From the IMG/VR virus record IMGVR_UViG_3300015370_000036, positions 1-30,288 of that record: a stretch of 30,288 bases of DNA, one strand, 5' to 3'. The position numbers and the translations under genes are program-made. The notes under the pieces are model-generated. The model ran no database searches. It saw only the letters and a program-made list of their open reading frames with translations, and had not been told where the DNA came from. The stretch is from a virus (lineage: Duplodnaviria; Caudoviricetes). Shown in pieces: positions 1 through 8,603 of the stretch (the first letter of the stretch is position 1; each line of letters opens with the position of its first letter).

Positions 1-16
1 AAAGGAGGTATTGATT

Positions 17-169
17 ATGTTAGATGATATTTGTCCACTTTGCGGTTCAGAGATTGGTTTTAGCACAGTAGAAACAGCCCATAATGAAACGAAAGTAGTT
101 TATTTTTGCCGAAGCCCAAAATGTGATTGGGCAGAAGAATACTATGAGGGGGAGGATAGTGGTAAATAG
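17..169 (+). CDS. small zinc-ribbon protein (50 aa, not in the ORF track)
   Basis: AAAGGAGG RBS at 1-8 and ATG at 17. Translation MLDDICPLCGSE...YFCRSPKCDWAEE has CxxC and CxxxxC. Ends TAG followed by TAA. Confidence 0.75.
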   Translation: MLDDICPLCGSEIGFSTVETAHNETKVVYFCRSPKCDWAEEYYEGEDSGK

Positions 170-578
170 TAAGAATAAAGGAAGAAGGGGCGAGTATGAA
201 TATAGGGATTTGATTCGATCTATATTTAATACTAAAACAGATAGAGTACCTGGAAGTGGCGGCTTTAAGTCTTTAGGAGCCAATACAGGTGATATGTTAT
301 CTGGTAGTCTGCCCAAAGTGTTAAAACCTTATATTCAAGAAGTAAAATATGAAAAAACATTGCGATTATTTCCTTATATTATGCAATGTCAAACAGGAAA
401 CAGTAAAATTACTAAAGAAGAGTACTTGAAACTGGAAAAGAAAGACTTGAAGATTCGGGATTGGATGGTTGCTTATAGGTGTCCGGCGGAGTACAATATA
501 CCTAAGAATTTTATTATTATAATGCCTGCGGTTGAGTTGTTGGGTTTATTAAAAGAATTGGAGGATTTAAGAAAATGA
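159..578 (+). CDS. Holliday junction resolvase-like PD-(D/E)xK nuclease
   Basis: Motifs NSKNKGRRGEYE, RVPGSGG, GD and QEVK match phage Hjc-like resolvases. GTG at 159 after a G-rich RBS is a more likely start than 123. Confidence 0.75.
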   Translation: MVNSKNKGRRGEYEYRDLIRSIFNTKTDRVPGSGGFKSLGANTGDMLSGSLPKVLKPYIQEVKYEKTLRLFPYIMQCQTGNSKITKEEYLKLEKKDLKIRDWMVAYRCPAEYNIPKNFIIIMPAVELLGLLKELEDLRK

Positions 579-763
579 CAAATGTTGTAGAACAAGCACT
601 AAGAAACGCCATGACTCCTTTGGTTACAAAGCTTCAAATAAAACAAGGGGTACTAACCAAAACAGAACTTGATGAAGTGATTCAAGCTGTTGTAGATACT
701 TTCAATAATCAACGCAAAGGTGTTTCAACAAGTGAATTTAAGGAGTGGCTAAATAATGAATAG
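575..763 (+). CDS. hypothetical protein
   Basis: GGAGG RBS, ATGA overlap with the upstream stop, 8-nt overlap with the next gene. Confidence 0.7.
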   Translation: MTNVVEQALRNAMTPLVTKLQIKQGVLTKTELDEVIQAVVDTFNNQRKGVSTSEFKEWLNNE

Positions 764-1439
764 AGTATTAGTATTTGGAGATACCCATATTCCTTTTATT
801 AGAAATAATTATCTTGAATTTCTAAAGGAAACTTATCGCAAATACAAATGTAATAGGGTTGTCTGTGTTGGTGATCTATTTGATTTCCATAGAATATCAA
901 GACATGATTCTCACCCAGACGCCATGGGAGCAAAAGAAGAATATCTAAAGGGTTTAGAAATAGCTAAGAAGTTTTATAAGGCTTTTCCTAAGGTGTTAAT
1001 TTGTATCGGAAACCATGACGCAAGGATGTATCGTCAAGTGGCTAAAGAGGGCGTACCGGAAGCTATGTTGCCTTCTTATAAGGACTTATTTAATACTCCT
1101 GTTGGTTGGAAATGGAGTCTTAGGCATACCGTTGATGGTGTCTTATATAAGCATGGCAATAGAAGTGGAGAGTACCCTCATGTAAGCACAGCTAAAGCTG
1201 CTAGAATGAGTACTGTAACAGGGCATACCCATGCTGTGGGCGGCGTTCACTATATGGCAGGGCCTGAGGACTTGATATTTGCTATGTGCTGTGGTTGTGG
1301 GATGGATAGTAACAGTTATGCGGCTCAATATGCTCAGGAATATGATAAAAAGCCAATAGTGGGTTGTGGTATTGTTTTAGGGGGCAAACAGGCTATATTT
1401 GTTCCTATGGACTTGGGAACAAGGAGATTAACCGTCTAA
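756..1439 (+). CDS. calcineurin-like metallophosphoesterase
   Basis: Motifs GDTH, GDLFD, GNHD, HG and GHTH. Confidence 0.92.
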   Translation: MNRVLVFGDTHIPFIRNNYLEFLKETYRKYKCNRVVCVGDLFDFHRISRHDSHPDAMGAKEEYLKGLEIAKKFYKAFPKVLICIGNHDARMYRQVAKEGVPEAMLPSYKDLFNTPVGWKWSLRHTVDGVLYKHGNRSGEYPHVSTAKAARMSTVTGHTHAVGGVHYMAGPEDLIFAMCCGCGMDSNSYAAQYAQEYDKKPIVGCGIVLGGKQAIFVPMDLGTRRLTV

Positions 1440-1627
1440 TGCGAGAACTGGCTATTAAAATACTAGAATATCTTAGGTCGGATATGATGAAAGAGACAAG
1501 CACTCTTAATGAGATTTCCTACTCCAAGGCATTAAGAGAGGATTATATAACTGCTCTTACTAACAAACTAACGCTATATATAGGAGATAGTGATGAGCTT
1601 ATCCAAGCTACAAAAGTCAATAAATAA
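1439..1627 (+). CDS. hypothetical protein (62 aa)
   Basis: TAATG coupling at 1437-1441 with AAGGAG upstream. The ORF-track start at 1364 is probably too long. Confidence 0.6.
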   Translation: MRELAIKILEYLRSDMMKETSTLNEISYSKALREDYITALTNKLTLYIGDSDELIQATKVNK

Positions 1628-2528
1628 GCGGTATAAAGATAAAGGGCTACCAGAGCCTATTAACGAGCCTAAACCTATTGAGTATTTATCTACCGGCTTT
1701 CCTACCTTAGACAATATATTAGGTGGTGGGTGGGCTTTGGGTAAGATTATAGAGTTATGGGGAACTCCTGGCTGTGGTAAAACCACCCTATCCTTACATA
1801 CTATTGCCGAAGCACAAAAGAAAGGTAAAGTTTGCGTATTTGTTGATAGTGAGCGTGCTTTTAACCCAGAATATGCGGAAAAACTTGGTGTGGATAATAA
1901 AAAATTGATTTATATTAAACCCGAATATGGAGAGCAGGCACTAGAAATTATTAAAGAATACATTGATAGCACAGAGGTTTCCACGGTTGTTGTCGATTCT
2001 GTGGCCAGTTTGCTGCCTAAGGCTGTGGCAGACAGAGACATGGAAAAAAGCGAACAAGCCATTTTGGCTAGACTTCTATCTAGGAATATACCTAAATTAA
2101 TTCCTACTTTGGATAATAATAGTTGTACCCTAATTCTTATTAATCAAATTAGATATGAAATAGGTAAATTGTTTGGTAATCCTGAAACTACAACAGGGGG
2201 AGAAACCTTAAAATTTAATGCTTTTATGAGACTTAGATTATGTCATACTGAGTACCTAAAAGAAGATAAGGCCATATATGCTGACATAGTAAGGGCATTA
2301 GCCAAAAAAACAAAGAGTACGGAACCCTTCAAAGAGACTCTTTTAAGAATGGAGTATGGTAAAGGGTTTAGTATGGAATACGACAAATTGCAAATGCTAA
2401 TTAAAACAGGAGAGATAGAGAAGGCAGGGGCTTGGTATAATTACAAGGGAAAGAAATTTCAAGGGGAAGAAGGTATATTAATGGCCATTAAAATGGAGGC
2501 TGCCAATGAAAATCCCAAAAAAGATTAG
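1590..2528 (+). CDS. recA: RecA-family recombinase
   Basis: STGFPTLDNILGGG, Walker A GTPGCGKTT, VFVDSE, Walker B VVVDSVA, LILINQIR, GNPETTTGGETLKF, KAGAWY. Confidence 0.95.
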   Translation: MMSLSKLQKSINKRYKDKGLPEPINEPKPIEYLSTGFPTLDNILGGGWALGKIIELWGTPGCGKTTLSLHTIAEAQKKGKVCVFVDSERAFNPEYAEKLGVDNKKLIYIKPEYGEQALEIIKEYIDSTEVSTVVVDSVASLLPKAVADRDMEKSEQAILARLLSRNIPKLIPTLDNNSCTLILINQIRYEIGKLFGNPETTTGGETLKFNAFMRLRLCHTEYLKEDKAIYADIVRALAKKTKSTEPFKETLLRMEYGKGFSMEYDKLQMLIKTGEIEKAGAWYNYKGKKFQGEEGILMAIKMEAANENPKKD

Positions 2529-2838
2529 AATATTTGGATATGTATTTAGGATTACCTACAAGAAAACTGTGCCTTACTATGGTTCATTTGATATTGCTCG
2601 CTCAACTATTATATTAAACAAAGACTGTTCGATTACTGACATAAAACACACTTTATTACATGAAATAATGGAGATAATAACGGTTTTAATGGGTAGACGA
2701 TTTAGGAATAAAAATAAACAACTTTATATGTCCTTTTACCATGATCCTTATGATAGGGATGAATTTTCTACGTTTACAACCTGCTTGCATGATACTTTAA
2801 CCAGAAATAACCTAGGAGGTATATTTAATGAAGAATAA
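2506..2838 (+). CDS. HExxE/H zincin-like small protein (ImmA/IrrE-like fold, tentative)
   Basis: MKIPKKIRIFG N-terminus and TLLHEIME resemble small phage metallopeptidase-like proteins. The second His of HExxH is replaced by Glu. GGAGG RBS. Confidence 0.5.
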   Translation: MKIPKKIRIFGYVFRITYKKTVPYYGSFDIARSTIILNKDCSITDIKHTLLHEIMEIITVLMGRRFRNKNKQLYMSFYHDPYDRDEFSTFTTCLHDTLTRNNLGGIFNEE

Positions 2839-3019
2839 AACTACACTACTCCGGCCAGAACAAGCTAATTTATTAATTAATAAGACTGATTTCCCACAAA
2901 TCATTGTTGACAATAATGGTGTAAGTATTTATGTTAGAGATGGTGTTATAAGGATAAATGGTATAACTCCAAATTGGGTTACTTTTAGAAAAGGGAAGGT
3001 GGGCTATGAGAATTGTTGA
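2828..3019 (+). CDS. hypothetical protein
   Basis: AGGAGG RBS and overlaps with both neighbours. Confidence 0.65.
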   Translation: MKNKTTLLRPEQANLLINKTDFPQIIVDNNGVSIYVRDGVIRINGITPNWVTFRKGKVGYENC

Positions 3020-3602
3020 TGGCAAAAAGCTATATACCGGCTACTTAATAGGTTCTATCTGTCATGCGGCTGATCGGGAACACGCTTTTGACGCTTCAGA
3101 ACGTGCCGTGATTGAGGCAGGGCATGAGGCATTAAATCCTGTTAAAGAAGAAACCACTAAAACAGGAATGTCTTGTACAGAAACAGAAGCAAAATTGAGG
3201 GTTCTTTGGAGAGAGCAAAGTTTCAAAGAGTACAGAGATTTGATGGATGAAATTTGGATAAAAGACCTTGATAACATAAGAAAAGCAGATTATCTAGTTT
3301 TACATTTTGAGCATAATGACAATTCCGTTGGCGCACCGCTAGAAATGACTGTGGCAAGTCTTATTTACTTATTAAGATTAGCTCAAAAATCTTGTGAGGC
3401 AACTGAAAAGACCTGGCTATCCTCAGCTAAATACGCTTTAGATAAAGCTGGATTTACTCACAAGCCAATATATTGGGTTTGTACCGGCCCTATTAGTGAA
3501 ATAAACACTACTCTCAAATGGCTGGTATTGACAGGTTCAGATGTTAGGGTATTTAAGACATATAAGGAATTAACGGAGTTCTTAAAGGAGACTTACAAAT
3601 GA
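3006..3602 (+). CDS. nucleoside 2-deoxyribosyltransferase-like protein
   Basis: Pattern YLIGSI...LNPV...KDLDNIRKADYLV...SVGAPLEM of the NDT/Rcl-like family. Confidence 0.7.
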   Translation: MRIVDGKKLYTGYLIGSICHAADREHAFDASERAVIEAGHEALNPVKEETTKTGMSCTETEAKLRVLWREQSFKEYRDLMDEIWIKDLDNIRKADYLVLHFEHNDNSVGAPLEMTVASLIYLLRLAQKSCEATEKTWLSSAKYALDKAGFTHKPIYWVCTGPISEINTTLKWLVLTGSDVRVFKTYKELTEFLKETYK

Positions 3603-3925
3603 GGTATTTTGAATCAGGGGCTACTAGGAATGTTGATGAGGATAAATATGATTATGAAGGCTTTCTTAGCCCATTAGTTTTAGAAAGATTTGGCCAGTAT
3701 ATGCACAAACATAGAAAAGATAATGATGGTACTTTAAGGAAATCAGATAACTGGCAACTTGGTATTCCAAAAGATGAGTATATCAAATCAGGTTTTAGGC
3801 ATTTTGTGGATTGGTGGTTAGAACATAGGGGAAACAAGAGCAGAGAAGGGCTAGAAGACGCCCTTATGGGTGTTCTTTTTAATGTTATGGGTTATGCACA
3901 TGAACTCTTAAAGGAGATGAGTTAA
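3599..3925 (+). CDS. dATP/dGTP diphosphohydrolase-like protein (DUF5664-type)
   Basis: FESGATR, KYDYEGFLSP, SDNWQLGIP, YIKSGFRH, and a C-terminal FNVMGYAHE helix. Confidence 0.75.
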   Translation: MRYFESGATRNVDEDKYDYEGFLSPLVLERFGQYMHKHRKDNDGTLRKSDNWQLGIPKDEYIKSGFRHFVDWWLEHRGNKSREGLEDALMGVLFNVMGYAHELLKEMS

Positions 3926-4210
3926 ATGGGTTTTTGGGAAGAAGTATTGTGTATCTGGCTGGCGGTTGTACTAGCCGATCCAATCGGTATTTTGGTAAGC
4001 GAATTTCTAAAAGATTATTTATCTCACAAATTTAACTGGTTTAAGGGATATAAAGCTACTGAAAAGATGGCAGATAATGTTATGATTTTACTTAAAAAAT
4101 TAACAAAAAAGAAGGGTAAAAAGCGTAAGGCTAAACAGGCCATAGCTTTGATTAAGGAAGCAGAGGAAGCGGCCAAAAGAGCGATAAAAGAGGAGCTGGG
4201 TAATGATTAA
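3926..4210 (+). CDS. membrane-anchored hypothetical protein with Lys-rich segment
   Basis: Hydrophobic N-terminus, KKLTKKKGKKRKAK segment, AAGGAG RBS. Confidence 0.65.
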   Translation: MGFWEEVLCIWLAVVLADPIGILVSEFLKDYLSHKFNWFKGYKATEKMADNVMILLKKLTKKKGKKRKAKQAIALIKEAEEAAKRAIKEELGND

Positions 4211-4520
4211 TGTGCTATATACCATTTTTGCTACTATTGGTAGCGGAATGGTTATACTAGAAATAACAGGCAAAATAAAAGAAGGTTTGGTTATTATTAA
4301 ATCAAGACGAGGGGCTAACGCTGTCTGTCGAACAGCCAAAGTTATTAGTTTTGTAGTTATAGCCGTTCAAAGTACAGCACTTATGCTAGGGGTATTTTGT
4401 GGGTTTAATAACTTTGTACCAGTTATAATGATAATGCCCATTGGATTTTTATATGGCTGGCATATCTATTTAGGATTCAAATACAAAAGAAAGCCATTTA
4501 ATCCTTTTATTGTAAACTAG
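4203..4520 (+). CDS. membrane protein (about 3 TM)
   Basis: Three hydrophobic stretches, GAGGAG RBS. Confidence 0.65.
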   Translation: MINVLYTIFATIGSGMVILEITGKIKEGLVIIKSRRGANAVCRTAKVISFVVIAVQSTALMLGVFCGFNNFVPVIMIMPIGFLYGWHIYLGFKYKRKPFNPFIVN

Positions 4521-4552
4521 CTCGTATTTAATTATAACCAAAGGAGAAAACT

Positions 4553-4714
4553 ATGACTTATGAAGACTTAGTAGAGTTGCTAAAACAAAAAATAGGGAAG
4601 GTTGTTGTTGATAAAAAGTATCTTATTTTAGAAATAAATAAGAACATTTATGCTGTTAAGTTGAAAGAACCTTTTGAATGTTTAGTAGTAAAGGAGAAAG
4701 CCAATGCCGAATGA
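4553..4714 (+). CDS. hypothetical protein (53 aa, not in the ORF track)
   Basis: AAGGAG RBS and ATG at 4553. Translation MTYEDLVELLKQKIG...KEKANAE. Fills the gap and overlaps the next start. Confidence 0.7.
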   Translation: MTYEDLVELLKQKIGKVVVDKKYLILEINKNIYAVKLKEPFECLVVKEKANAE

Positions 4715-5021
4715 TTTAATATGGACAGAGATAGTGATGAAGTTAGAGCCAAAGGTTGCAGGATTAGCCAAAAAGATACTAAGAAAACCTTACGGCAGCC
4801 TAAATTGGGAGGATTTAGCCCAGGAAAGCTTATTAAATGTTTGGGAAAAACTTTCTAATCAATCATATCTTCTAAATGCTGCAAAGAACTATATGATGAA
4901 TATGATTAGGCATGAGAAAGTAGATCAGAAATACAGAAAAAGGTTAGCCCAACACTTACTAAGATATGACTTTGTAGATAGAGGGCAACTTGACGACTTA
5001 ACTAAAGAGGACATAAAATAG
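4704..5021 (+). CDS. ECF sigma-70 region-2-like protein, no region 4
   Basis: WEDLAQESLLNVWEK...YLLNAAKNYMMNMIRHE matches the region 2 pattern. The protein is only 105 aa. Confidence 0.7.
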   Translation: MPNDLIWTEIVMKLEPKVAGLAKKILRKPYGSLNWEDLAQESLLNVWEKLSNQSYLLNAAKNYMMNMIRHEKVDQKYRKRLAQHLLRYDFVDRGQLDDLTKEDIK

Positions 5022-5062
5022 GTTATTAGCCAAAGGATTTGCCTTATAAGGAGGGTCTTTAT

Positions 5063-5605
5063 ATGAAAAAGGATATATACTGCCAGTTTAATGAATATCG
5101 TGCCTTATATTGCATTTTTCTATTCCTGTTAACCATAGCACTATTAGTTAACCTAAATTTTTCAATGGCTTATGCTAAAAATATAGAGGCTATGAGATCA
5201 AGAGTTAACAATTTCAAAACTATATACAAATTTAGTAAATGGCTAGGTATTCCAGTGGCCTTACCAGTTTGTGTGCAAATAAGAGAAACAGGGTGGCTTC
5301 CAAAGCATAGACGAGCCAGTGCCATTAGTCCTGCCGGTGCAATCGGGCTAATGCAAATAATGCCATATCATGCTAAAACCTATGGGTATAAATCATCTGA
5401 CCTGCTTGACCCTGATATTAATATAGAGGTATCCTGCAAACTACTCAAGGTATGGTATTTGAAGTATGATAAAGATTTAGAAAAAGTATTTGCTGCTTAT
5501 AATGGAGGAGATGGACAGGCTCGGGTCATTTGGTGGAAAAGATGTCAAGAGACTAGAAATTATGTTATACTAGCTATGAGGGATTATGAAAAATTTACTA
5601 ATTAG
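5063..5605 (+). CDS. soluble lytic transglycosylase (SLT) with N-terminal TM/signal
   Basis: Catalytic QIRETG, AISPAGAIGLMQIMP, DPDINI, AAYNGG, ETRNYV. ATG at 5063 follows AAGGAGG. Confidence 0.9.
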   Translation: MKKDIYCQFNEYRALYCIFLFLLTIALLVNLNFSMAYAKNIEAMRSRVNNFKTIYKFSKWLGIPVALPVCVQIRETGWLPKHRRASAISPAGAIGLMQIMPYHAKTYGYKSSDLLDPDINIEVSCKLLKVWYLKYDKDLEKVFAAYNGGDGQARVIWWKRCQETRNYVILAMRDYEKFTN

Positions 5606-5912
5606 TTACCTAACAATACTACTCTTAATGTGCTTTGTTGCACAACCAGCTTTTGCAGGCATAGATTTATCTGGTGGCGATAAGGTACAACACTACTTTT
5701 GGGGAATGGCACAAATGGGCTTATATGAGTCTTTTGGGTGGGATAAGCACAGTAGTTATCAAATGGTGTTTTTAACAGGCTGCTTAAAAGAAACCCTGGA
5801 CTTACAACAAGGTGAGAACTTTGATTGGAATGATATGTTAGCTAATATGTTGGGAGCGTATACTTTTGAACTGGCTAATGGAGTTTATTTCAAATTTATA
5901 TACAAACCATGA
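5586..5912 (+). CDS. YfiM/VanZ-like membrane protein with signal peptide
   Basis: Signal peptide ending AFA, then DKVQH...KE..D...DMLANMLG. Confidence 0.55.
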   Translation: MKNLLISYLTILLLMCFVAQPAFAGIDLSGGDKVQHYFWGMAQMGLYESFGWDKHSSYQMVFLTGCLKETLDLQQGENFDWNDMLANMLGAYTFELANGVYFKFIYKP

Positions 5913-6148
5913 GAAAACTTTGGCTAGATAAAAGTAATCCTTATGTAAGAAACTATTGTAGTATAGTAGGGAAAGACTTTATTGAAATGCAACGGCATTT
6001 TGCATTATTTTGGATGTATCTTAAATCCTTCATAAGCAAAAGTTGGAGAGTGTGTTGGGGTAGTTTAGGTGTTCTTTGGCTCATATTTTCTCATACTACC
6101 TGGTATGCTTTTTGGGGAGCCTGGACAAAAGAGGCTAAGCAGACATGA
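5909..6148 (+). CDS. Trp-rich hypothetical membrane protein
   Basis: ATGA overlaps at both ends and an aromatic/hydrophobic C-terminal half. Confidence 0.55.
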   Translation: MRKLWLDKSNPYVRNYCSIVGKDFIEMQRHFALFWMYLKSFISKSWRVCWGSLGVLWLIFSHTTWYAFWGAWTKEAKQT

Positions 6149-6429
6149 AAAAACTTATGGTATTACTTATATGCACATTACTATTGTTCAGTACAGCCAA
6201 TGCTAGTGCTTATAAGCTGGATAAGCTATATGCTCGACCCGATCTTAAATCTCAAGTAGCATTTGTTATACCAACAGAATTAATAAGTGTGGCTATTTTA
6301 GAACGATTAGGAGATTGGGTGTGCATAAAAGCCAAATGGAATATATTCATGTTCCAAGGAGAAGTTGAGGGATGGCTCTACATAAGACCTGAAGACTCTC
6401 CAAAGGTAGAAAAGTGTCAAATTGGGTAA
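6145..6429 (+). CDS. secreted SH3-like domain protein
   Basis: Signal peptide MKKLMVLL...ANA, then LYARPD...ILERLGDWVCI...EGWLY, the bacterial SH3 pattern. Confidence 0.6.
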   Translation: MKKLMVLLICTLLLFSTANASAYKLDKLYARPDLKSQVAFVIPTELISVAILERLGDWVCIKAKWNIFMFQGEVEGWLYIRPEDSPKVEKCQIG

Positions 6430-6596
6430 CAATAGGAAATGAAATTAAAAGAGAGCATAGCTGGTTTGAAATATTAGTTAATAGGGCATTATTTGAACTA
6501 TTTGTGCTATTAATAATCATATTTAGTTATATAGAGAAGGTGTTTGAATGGATTGGACAGGTTTTTTATTATTTCCATTATTTATTGTATGCTTAA
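6414..6596 (+). CDS. hypothetical membrane protein
   Basis: GTG start with AAGGT upstream and a hydrophobic C-terminal half. Confidence 0.5.
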   Translation: MSNWVTIGNEIKREHSWFEILVNRALFELFVLLIIIFSYIEKVFEWIGQVFYYFHYLLYA

Positions 6597-6634
6597 TATT
6601 AGCTACTTGGATAGAAATAATATAGGAGGTTAAA

Positions 6635-7294
6635 ATGAAAAAAACAATGGTTAGGTTTATAGTTATTGTAGGGATTGTTCTTAGCATTCTATTGTTGGCT
6701 GAGATGTGTTATGCTTCTCCTGTACCAAAAATGAGAGAAAATAAAATAACTGTCTATCTTTTTGGGGATATTAATAGCGATACACTATACTATTTACAAA
6801 CACAGATATATACTTTATGGAGAGATCATGGTAAGAGACCCATTAGCCATTTAACTATAAATATAAATTCCTATGGCGGACGCATGGATTATGGTTTTGT
6901 TGTCTACCATTGGATTATGGAATTGCGTAGGGAAGGGCTTCATGTTACTACTAAGGTAGATGGGAACTGTGCTTCAGCGGCCACTCTGATCTTGCAGGCC
7001 GGTACTATCAGAAAAGCGTCAGTAGATGCCATGATTATGACCCATTCTCCATTATATATGATAGAACCTAAAGGCGAGATTATAGTATTAACAGATGATG
7101 ATTTGAAATACTATAAAGACGGCTTAGAGAAAGCCAGATTGCGTATGATGGAAGTATTTGTACGAAGAACAGGCAGGACATTAAATCAACTAGATGAGTA
7201 TTTTCAAGTAATACCAAGAGATATGAAAGCAAGAGAGGCTTTAGAAGCAGGCTTCTTGGATATCATAGAACCGGAACCAATATCAAGATGGTAG
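6635..7294 (+). CDS. clpP: ClpP-family serine protease with N-terminal signal/TM
   Basis: ININSYGG, catalytic Ser in CASAAT, His in IMTHSP, AREALEAGFLD. AGGAGG RBS. Confidence 0.85.
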   Translation: MKKTMVRFIVIVGIVLSILLLAEMCYASPVPKMRENKITVYLFGDINSDTLYYLQTQIYTLWRDHGKRPISHLTININSYGGRMDYGFVVYHWIMELRREGLHVTTKVDGNCASAATLILQAGTIRKASVDAMIMTHSPLYMIEPKGEIIVLTDDDLKYYKDGLEKARLRMMEVFVRRTGRTLNQLDEYFQVIPRDMKAREALEAGFLDIIEPEPISRW

Positions 7295-7358
7295 TCTTAT
7301 TGCAGAGTATCGATCTAAATCGATATATTAACGCTTTTAATGTTTGCGCTTCAGTATA

Positions 7359-7387
7359 TTGACAAAACGAGAAAATAGTGATATATT
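7359..7387 (+). promoter_or_regulatory. sigma70-type promoter for the RNase H gene
   Basis: TTGACA (7359-64), 17-nt spacer, TGn-TATATT (7382-87). Inverted repeat ATATAAC/GTTATAT at 7402-7421 just downstream. Confidence 0.75.
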
Positions 7388-7445
7388 GTATGACCCACAG
7401 GATATAACTTATAGGTTATATTTACTCACAGAGGAGATTAACTTT

Positions 7446-7844
7446 ATGAGCAAAAGATTAGTAAAAATATACACTGATGCTGGCTATAAGAGGTTAAAAC
7501 AGTGTCCTATATACCTGGGAATGGTTGTAGAGCTTGATGAGACCATTTGTAATCATAGGGTTATTAATCAGCCGGCTCTGAGCAGCACATTTGCAGAATA
7601 TATTGCTTTAATCTGGGCTATGGTATACTGCTTACGAATTGAGGAATACAGATGTCATTTCCTATGTGATAATCAGACTATGGTAAGGCAAATACAAGGT
7701 AAATATAAGGTTCACAAGGTTGAGTTGAAAATTTTATATGATATTGTGCGTAATTTATGGGGTAGCTTTGAACTAATTGAAATATCTCATATATCAGGTA
7801 AAATAAATAAGGCTCATAAGGAGGTTAAAAAGTGTGGTTCCTAA
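7446..7844 (+). CDS. ribonuclease HI-like protein
   Basis: IYTDAG, AEYIALIWA, CDNQTMVRQIQGKYKV, HISGKINKAH. ATG at 7446 follows GAGGAG. Confidence 0.85.
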   Translation: MSKRLVKIYTDAGYKRLKQCPIYLGMVVELDETICNHRVINQPALSSTFAEYIALIWAMVYCLRIEEYRCHFLCDNQTMVRQIQGKYKVHKVELKILYDIVRNLWGSFELIEISHISGKINKAHKEVKKCGS

Positions 7845-7912
7845 TTAATACTAAGGAGGTTATAACTGCTTATGAAAATCCAACAGAATCAAAAGAAATC
7901 GGTTAAAATCAC

Positions 7913-7940
7913 TTGCTTTTTAGCCAGAAAAGTGTATAAT
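7913..7940 (+). promoter_or_regulatory. sigma70-type promoter for the mom-like gene
   Basis: TTGCTT (7913-18), 16-nt spacer, TATAAT (7935-40), then AGGAG RBS. Confidence 0.55.
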
Positions 7941-7954
7941 ATAGGAGTTGAAAG

Positions 7955-8545
7955 ATGCCAAAGACAGATTTTAAAATAAAAACAATATCTAAGCACGAAG
8001 CAGGGAATATACTTTTAAGATACCACTACTTAAAAGATATTTCAAAGGGGTTCAAAAGTGGTTATAACTACGGATTATTTGAGAAAGATTGTCTTGTAGG
8101 GGTAATTATCTTTACAGGATTCCCCGTTCCTGAACTTTCAAAAGGAATGTTAGGATTAGGCAGAACTGAGCAACAAGGATTATTTGAATTGAGCAGATTA
8201 TGTTTAGACCCTATAACACAAAAAAAAGAACACAATCTTGCAAGTTGGTTTGTATCAAGATCTATAAAACAGCTTAAAATAGACACCGAAGTAAAAGTAA
8301 TTTTAAGTTATGCCGATTCTGAGTTTCATGATGGGACGGTTTACAAGGCTTGTAATTTTGACTACTACGGACTGTCTGCACCTAAAAAAGACTTTTGGAT
8401 AGAACAAAATGACGGAACTTTTGTGAAGCATAGCAGGGGAAAAACAAAAGGTGTAAAAGGAGAGTGGCGTTTGAGAAGTCAAAAACACAGGTACTTAATG
8501 GTTTTTGATAAAAAACTAACTGTACTATGGAAAAAAGTTAAATGA
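7955..8545 (+). CDS. mom: Mom-like (GNAT-fold) DNA adenine modification protein
   Basis: YHYL, YGLF...LVGVIIF, FELSRL, SWFVSRS, ILSYADS..HDGTVYKACNF.Y.G and K.RY are Mom-family signatures. Confidence 0.8.
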   Translation: MPKTDFKIKTISKHEAGNILLRYHYLKDISKGFKSGYNYGLFEKDCLVGVIIFTGFPVPELSKGMLGLGRTEQQGLFELSRLCLDPITQKKEHNLASWFVSRSIKQLKIDTEVKVILSYADSEFHDGTVYKACNFDYYGLSAPKKDFWIEQNDGTFVKHSRGKTKGVKGEWRLRSQKHRYLMVFDKKLTVLWKKVK

Positions 8546-8589
8546 AAATCTATAAAATCACAGAAGCAAGCGAATCTAATGGAATTTAA
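8542..8589 (+). pseudogene. probable truncated IS607-family TnpA N-terminus (MKIYKITEASE...)
   Basis: 15-codon ORF coupled by ATGA to the mom stop. The first 11 residues resemble the start of the MerR-like HTH of IS607 resolvases, then the match ends. Confidence 0.5.
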
Positions 8590-8603
8590 AAAGGAGGTAA
8601 GTA

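Noticed and set aside
4521-5066. Read-through of the TAG stops at 4520 and 5021 would end in ATGA overlaps with the next genes
   Set aside because: The extensions are only 11 and 14 codons with no recognisable domain, so this is plausible by chance. Kept only as a weak side note.
6635-7294. ClpP as prohead protease
   Set aside because: It is on the opposite strand, about 17 kb from the head genes, and has a signal-like N-terminus. The head module has its own scaffold gene.
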